A DNA stretch of 47,810 nt from Candidatus Aegiribacteria sp. (GTDB taxonomy: Bacteria > Fermentibacterota > Fermentibacteria > Fermentibacterales > JCC-6). A program made the position numbers and the translations under genes. Positions 45,282-47,810 of the stretch are shown here, in pieces. Below the pieces are notes generated by a model. That model made no database searches, was not told where the DNA came from, and saw nothing but the letters and a program-made list of their open reading frames with translations. The first letter of the stretch is position 1. Each line of letters begins with the position of its first letter. Location of the stretch: assembly GCA_030610085.1 (NCBI GenBank), contig JAUWSL010000002.1:1-47810 (forward strand). The letters run 5' to 3'.

Positions 45282-45483
45282 AGCGAATTCTCCTTGTGGA
45301 CTGGATGTAATGCAATAAGTACAATGTTCGTATACAGTTGCGGATCAACCTCAAACAGATAACGTTCATGGGTGAGACCCAGGCTCACACAATTGACATG
45401 ATAAAAGAAGACAGCCAATGGAAGGTTACCGGTTCGAGATGAACATGTAACAGATTCTTATCCGTCATATCGGTCAATGTGAA

Positions 45484-46947
45484 TCAAAGGTAAAGGTCCC
45501 GCTCACCATTTCTCACCCGTTCAAGCAATCCGGATACTTTGATTCTCAGATCTTCACCGGGCAGCCTGCCGAGCTCTTCCTCCAGAAGTCTCCAGCCCTT
45601 AACCTTCGTTTCCGCAGAAGCGTAATCACCAAGGTACTCCCCGAATGTCAGTATGGCATTCGGCATGCAGAGTGCATGCACTTTACCGCTCTTAGCGACA
45701 TCCATGAAGTATTGCCCCGTTCTGCCGCATCTGTAACCGGCGGTGCAGAAGCTGGTGATCATGCCGAGATCCACAAGATCGGAAATTACCTCCTCAAGCG
45801 ATCGGTTATCGGCGAGTTCGAACTGCTGCATCTCCCCCTTCTTCTCCCCGGATGCGTAACAACCCACTCCTATATTGGAACCGGCGTCCAGCTGTGTTAC
45901 GCCCAGAGGAATGACTTCCCGGCGGATACTCTCAGGCTCTCTCGCGGTGAGTATCATTCCTGTATATGGAACGGACAGCCTGATCACTGAAACCAGTTTC
46001 TTGAAATCATCATCGCTGACCAGATGGGCGGGGTTTTCAACAAAAGGTGTATTAAGCGCTGGTTCCAGCCTTGGAAAACTTATGGTATGCGGACCGACAC
46101 CACCGAATCTGTTTTCAAGATCGATGGTATGCAGAAGCAGAGCCATAACTTCAAAACGGTAATCGAACAGGCCAAAAAGGGCTCCTATCCCGACATCGTC
46201 GACTCCTGCTTCCATCGCCCTGTGCAGAGCGTAAAGCCTCCAGCGCATGTTCCCCTTCAGTGTATCGGCTGGATGAACCCTGCCGTAGGTTTCATGATGG
46301 TAGGTTTCCTGGAAAACCTGAAACGTACCTATTCCGACCTCGGACAGCTTCCTTAGATCATGAATTGATAGAGGCGCAGCATTGATATTGGCCCTTCTTA
46401 TCTCGTCACTGCCATACTTTGTATCGTATACGACTTTCAGAGTATGCGCAATGAAATCGGCTCCGCTTGATGGATGCTCGCCGTAAACCATGATAAGCCG
46501 CTTGTGCCCCTCGGCGGTAAGGGTTTTTACCTCTGCCCTTATCTGATCATCTGTAAGGCAGGTTCGTGCAACCGCTCTGTTTTCACTTCTGAATGCGCAG
46601 TACGCGCAGTTGTTCACACAGTAATTGGATATGTAAAGGGGCGCGAAAAATACGACCCTTCGTCCGTAGACCTTCTGTTTGATCGAAAGGCCTGCGGCGA
46701 ACATCTCCTCCCACAACTCATCGCTGCGGCAGTTAAGGAGAGCTGCAGTTTCAGCCGGTTCCAGCCTTTCCAGCTCCATTGACCTGGCAATGATCTCACG
46801 GATCTCAGAATCGGATGGATTCCTCTGTTTCTCAAGCTGATCCCATATCAGTTCCTCATCAACGAAATCCCTGCCGTTAACAAGATACCTGTCTATCTCA
46901 TCCTGCAGAACGACGGAATCGACCCACTTTCTATCACTGCTGCTCAT
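45484..46947 (-). CDS. hydG: [FeFe]-hydrogenase maturase HydG (radical SAM tyrosine lyase)
   Basis: 487 aa. Contains LYISNYCVNNCAYCAFR (CxxxCxxC) and the C-terminal cluster region SFCTAGYRCGRTGQYFM, typical of HydG rather than the shorter ThiH. Confidence 0.85.
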   Translation of the reverse strand: MSSSDRKWVDSVVLQDEIDRYLVNGRDFVDEELIWDQLEKQRNPSDSEIREIIARSMELERLEPAETAALLNCRSDELWEEMFAAGLSIKQKVYGRRVVFFAPLYISNYCVNNCAYCAFRSENRAVARTCLTDDQIRAEVKTLTAEGHKRLIMVYGEHPSSGADFIAHTLKVVYDTKYGSDEIRRANINAAPLSIHDLRKLSEVGIGTFQVFQETYHHETYGRVHPADTLKGNMRWRLYALHRAMEAGVDDVGIGALFGLFDYRFEVMALLLHTIDLENRFGGVGPHTISFPRLEPALNTPFVENPAHLVSDDDFKKLVSVIRLSVPYTGMILTAREPESIRREVIPLGVTQLDAGSNIGVGCYASGEKKGEMQQFELADNRSLEEVISDLVDLGMITSFCTAGYRCGRTGQYFMDVAKSGKVHALCMPNAILTFGEYLGDYASAETKVKGWRLLEEELGRLPGEDLRIKVSGLLERVRNGERDLYL

Positions 46948-46948
46948 A

Positions 46949-47810
46949 CTAGTGTGCCTTATCAGAGGTGACTTTCTCTACTATGTCCGTCACAATATTC
47001 TCAAAATCGCCGGCGTATTGTGAATCTCCGTTATGGTATACAAAGGGTTTTCCGCTGTCTCCGGAGGAGACTATTTCAGGTTCTATCGGAATTCTTCCGA
47101 GGAAGGGAACTCCCATCTCATTCGCCATGCTCTCCCCCCCGCCGGAACCGAAGAGTTCCGTTCTTTCGCCACAATGCGGGCAGACGAATCCGGACATATT
47201 CTCTATGACTCCAAGCACCGGCAGTTTAAGAGCGTGGCAGAACTGAATTGAGCGCCTCACATCGGAAAGGGACATTTCCTGAGGTGTAGTAACGATAACA
47301 GCTCCCGCAGGCTCAGGTATAAGCTGAACAACAGAAAGAGGCTCGTCACCTGTTCCAGGGGGACAGTCCACTATCATATAGTCCAGTTTCCCCCAGTTCA
47401 CGTCTTCAAAGAGCTGCTTGATAACGTTCATTTTCATAGGACCGCGCCAGATCACAGGATCGGTCCTGCTGCCGAGCATGAAATCCACCGAAATAACCTT
47501 CATGGACCCGAACTCGGCCGGGTTCAGCTTTTTCCCGTCGAGTGATGTCAGTCTCGTCCCTTCCATTCCAAGGAGTTTTGGAATACTGGGACCGTGAAAA
47601 TCCGTATCGAGGAGTCCGGTAGCATATCCCTTCAGTGAAAGTGAGATCGCAAGGTTGGCGGCAACGGTACTCTTGCCCACCCCTCCCTTACCGGAAAGAA
47701 CAAGCACCTTCTGGCCAATGTCCCTCATACGGTCTTGCAGGATCAACTCTTCCATCTGGCGGCTCGCTTCATCGCTCCCCTGTACTTGTGAACAACCCTG
47801 TTCCGCATTC
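46949..47810 (-). CDS. Mrp/NBP35 (ApbC) family Fe-S cluster carrier ATPase. The 5' end is probably beyond the right edge of the window.
   Basis: Contains VLSGKGGVGKSTVAANLA (deviant Walker A), DCPPGTGDE and the CPHCG cluster-bridging CxxC. The frame stays open upstream of Met47755 to the window edge (NAEQGCSQVQGSDEASRQ). Confidence 0.85.
   Translation of the reverse strand, partial: NAEQGCSQVQGSDEASRQMEELILQDRMRDIGQKVLVLSGKGGVGKSTVAANLAISLSLKGYATGLLDTDFHGPSIPKLLGMEGTRLTSLDGKKLNPAEFGSMKVISVDFMLGSRTDPVIWRGPMKMNVIKQLFEDVNWGKLDYMIVDCPPGTGDEPLSVVQLIPEPAGAVIVTTPQEMSLSDVRRSIQFCHALKLPVLGVIENMSGFVCPHCGERTELFGSGGGESMANEMGVPFLGRIPIEPEIVSSGDSGKPFVYHNGDSQYAGDFENIVTDIVEKVTSDKAH

Noticed and set aside
45134-45418. 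A 94-aa minus-strand ORF (MAVFFYHVNCVSLGL...) in the hydG-downstream region
   Set aside because: It has no Shine-Dalgarno box and an odd Cys/His/Trp-rich composition. It also overlaps the better-supported ORF that has a Shine-Dalgarno box, in a different frame.

Overview
This is a gene-dense, roughly 50% GC bacterial chromosomal segment. It carries about 50 protein-coding genes and three tRNAs (Pro-CGG, Pro-GGG, Thr-CGT). I saw no rRNA, CRISPR array, transposase, integrase or phage genes. All calls rest on motifs read by eye from the supplied translations and the DNA; no searches were run.

Most of the window is housekeeping:
- Replication and repair: rarA (partial), yebC-ruvC-ruvA-ruvB.
- Salvage and tRNA modification: apt, queH.
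- Translation: rpsT.
- Iron uptake: a DtxR-family regulator followed by feoA-feoB.
- Sugar and cell-wall precursors: glgC, glmS-glmM.
- Amino-acid and pyrimidine metabolism: an archaeal-type leuC/leuD-like pair, pyrB-pyrI, hutU.
- Peptidases: pepD, pepT.
- Hydrogenase maturation: hydG and an Mrp/NBP35 ATPase (partial).

Two paralogous secreted M14 carboxypeptidases carry T9SS/FlgD-Ig-like C-terminal sorting domains. Together with an FCB-type GlmM motif, HydG and the peptide and histidine catabolic genes, this suggests an anaerobic, peptide-degrading member of the FCB-group candidate phyla. That placement is inference only.

The most unusual locus is a translationally coupled four-gene cassette at 35586-39575 on the minus strand:
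- A PAS/HATPase histidine-kinase-like protein has Gly at the phospho-acceptor His position and a degenerate receiver-like tail.
- It is followed by three paralogous proteins of unknown family. Each starts with an identically spaced CxxC-x14-CxxC zinc ribbon, and two are membrane anchored.

Other points worth a second look:
- A perfect 27-bp inverted repeat with an AT-rich loop sits between two convergent genes and supplies both C-termini.
- A YchF-like protein has a degenerate G domain.
- A DUF2089 / small membrane protein / SHOCT-like triad sits behind a consensus promoter.
- Two genes have conserved N-termini that lack a canonical start codon.
- Two tRNA-Pro genes are embedded in a protein-coding gene string.
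- An orphan SPASM radical SAM gene has no visible precursor peptide.
- A gene-poor 460-nt stretch lies downstream of hydG.
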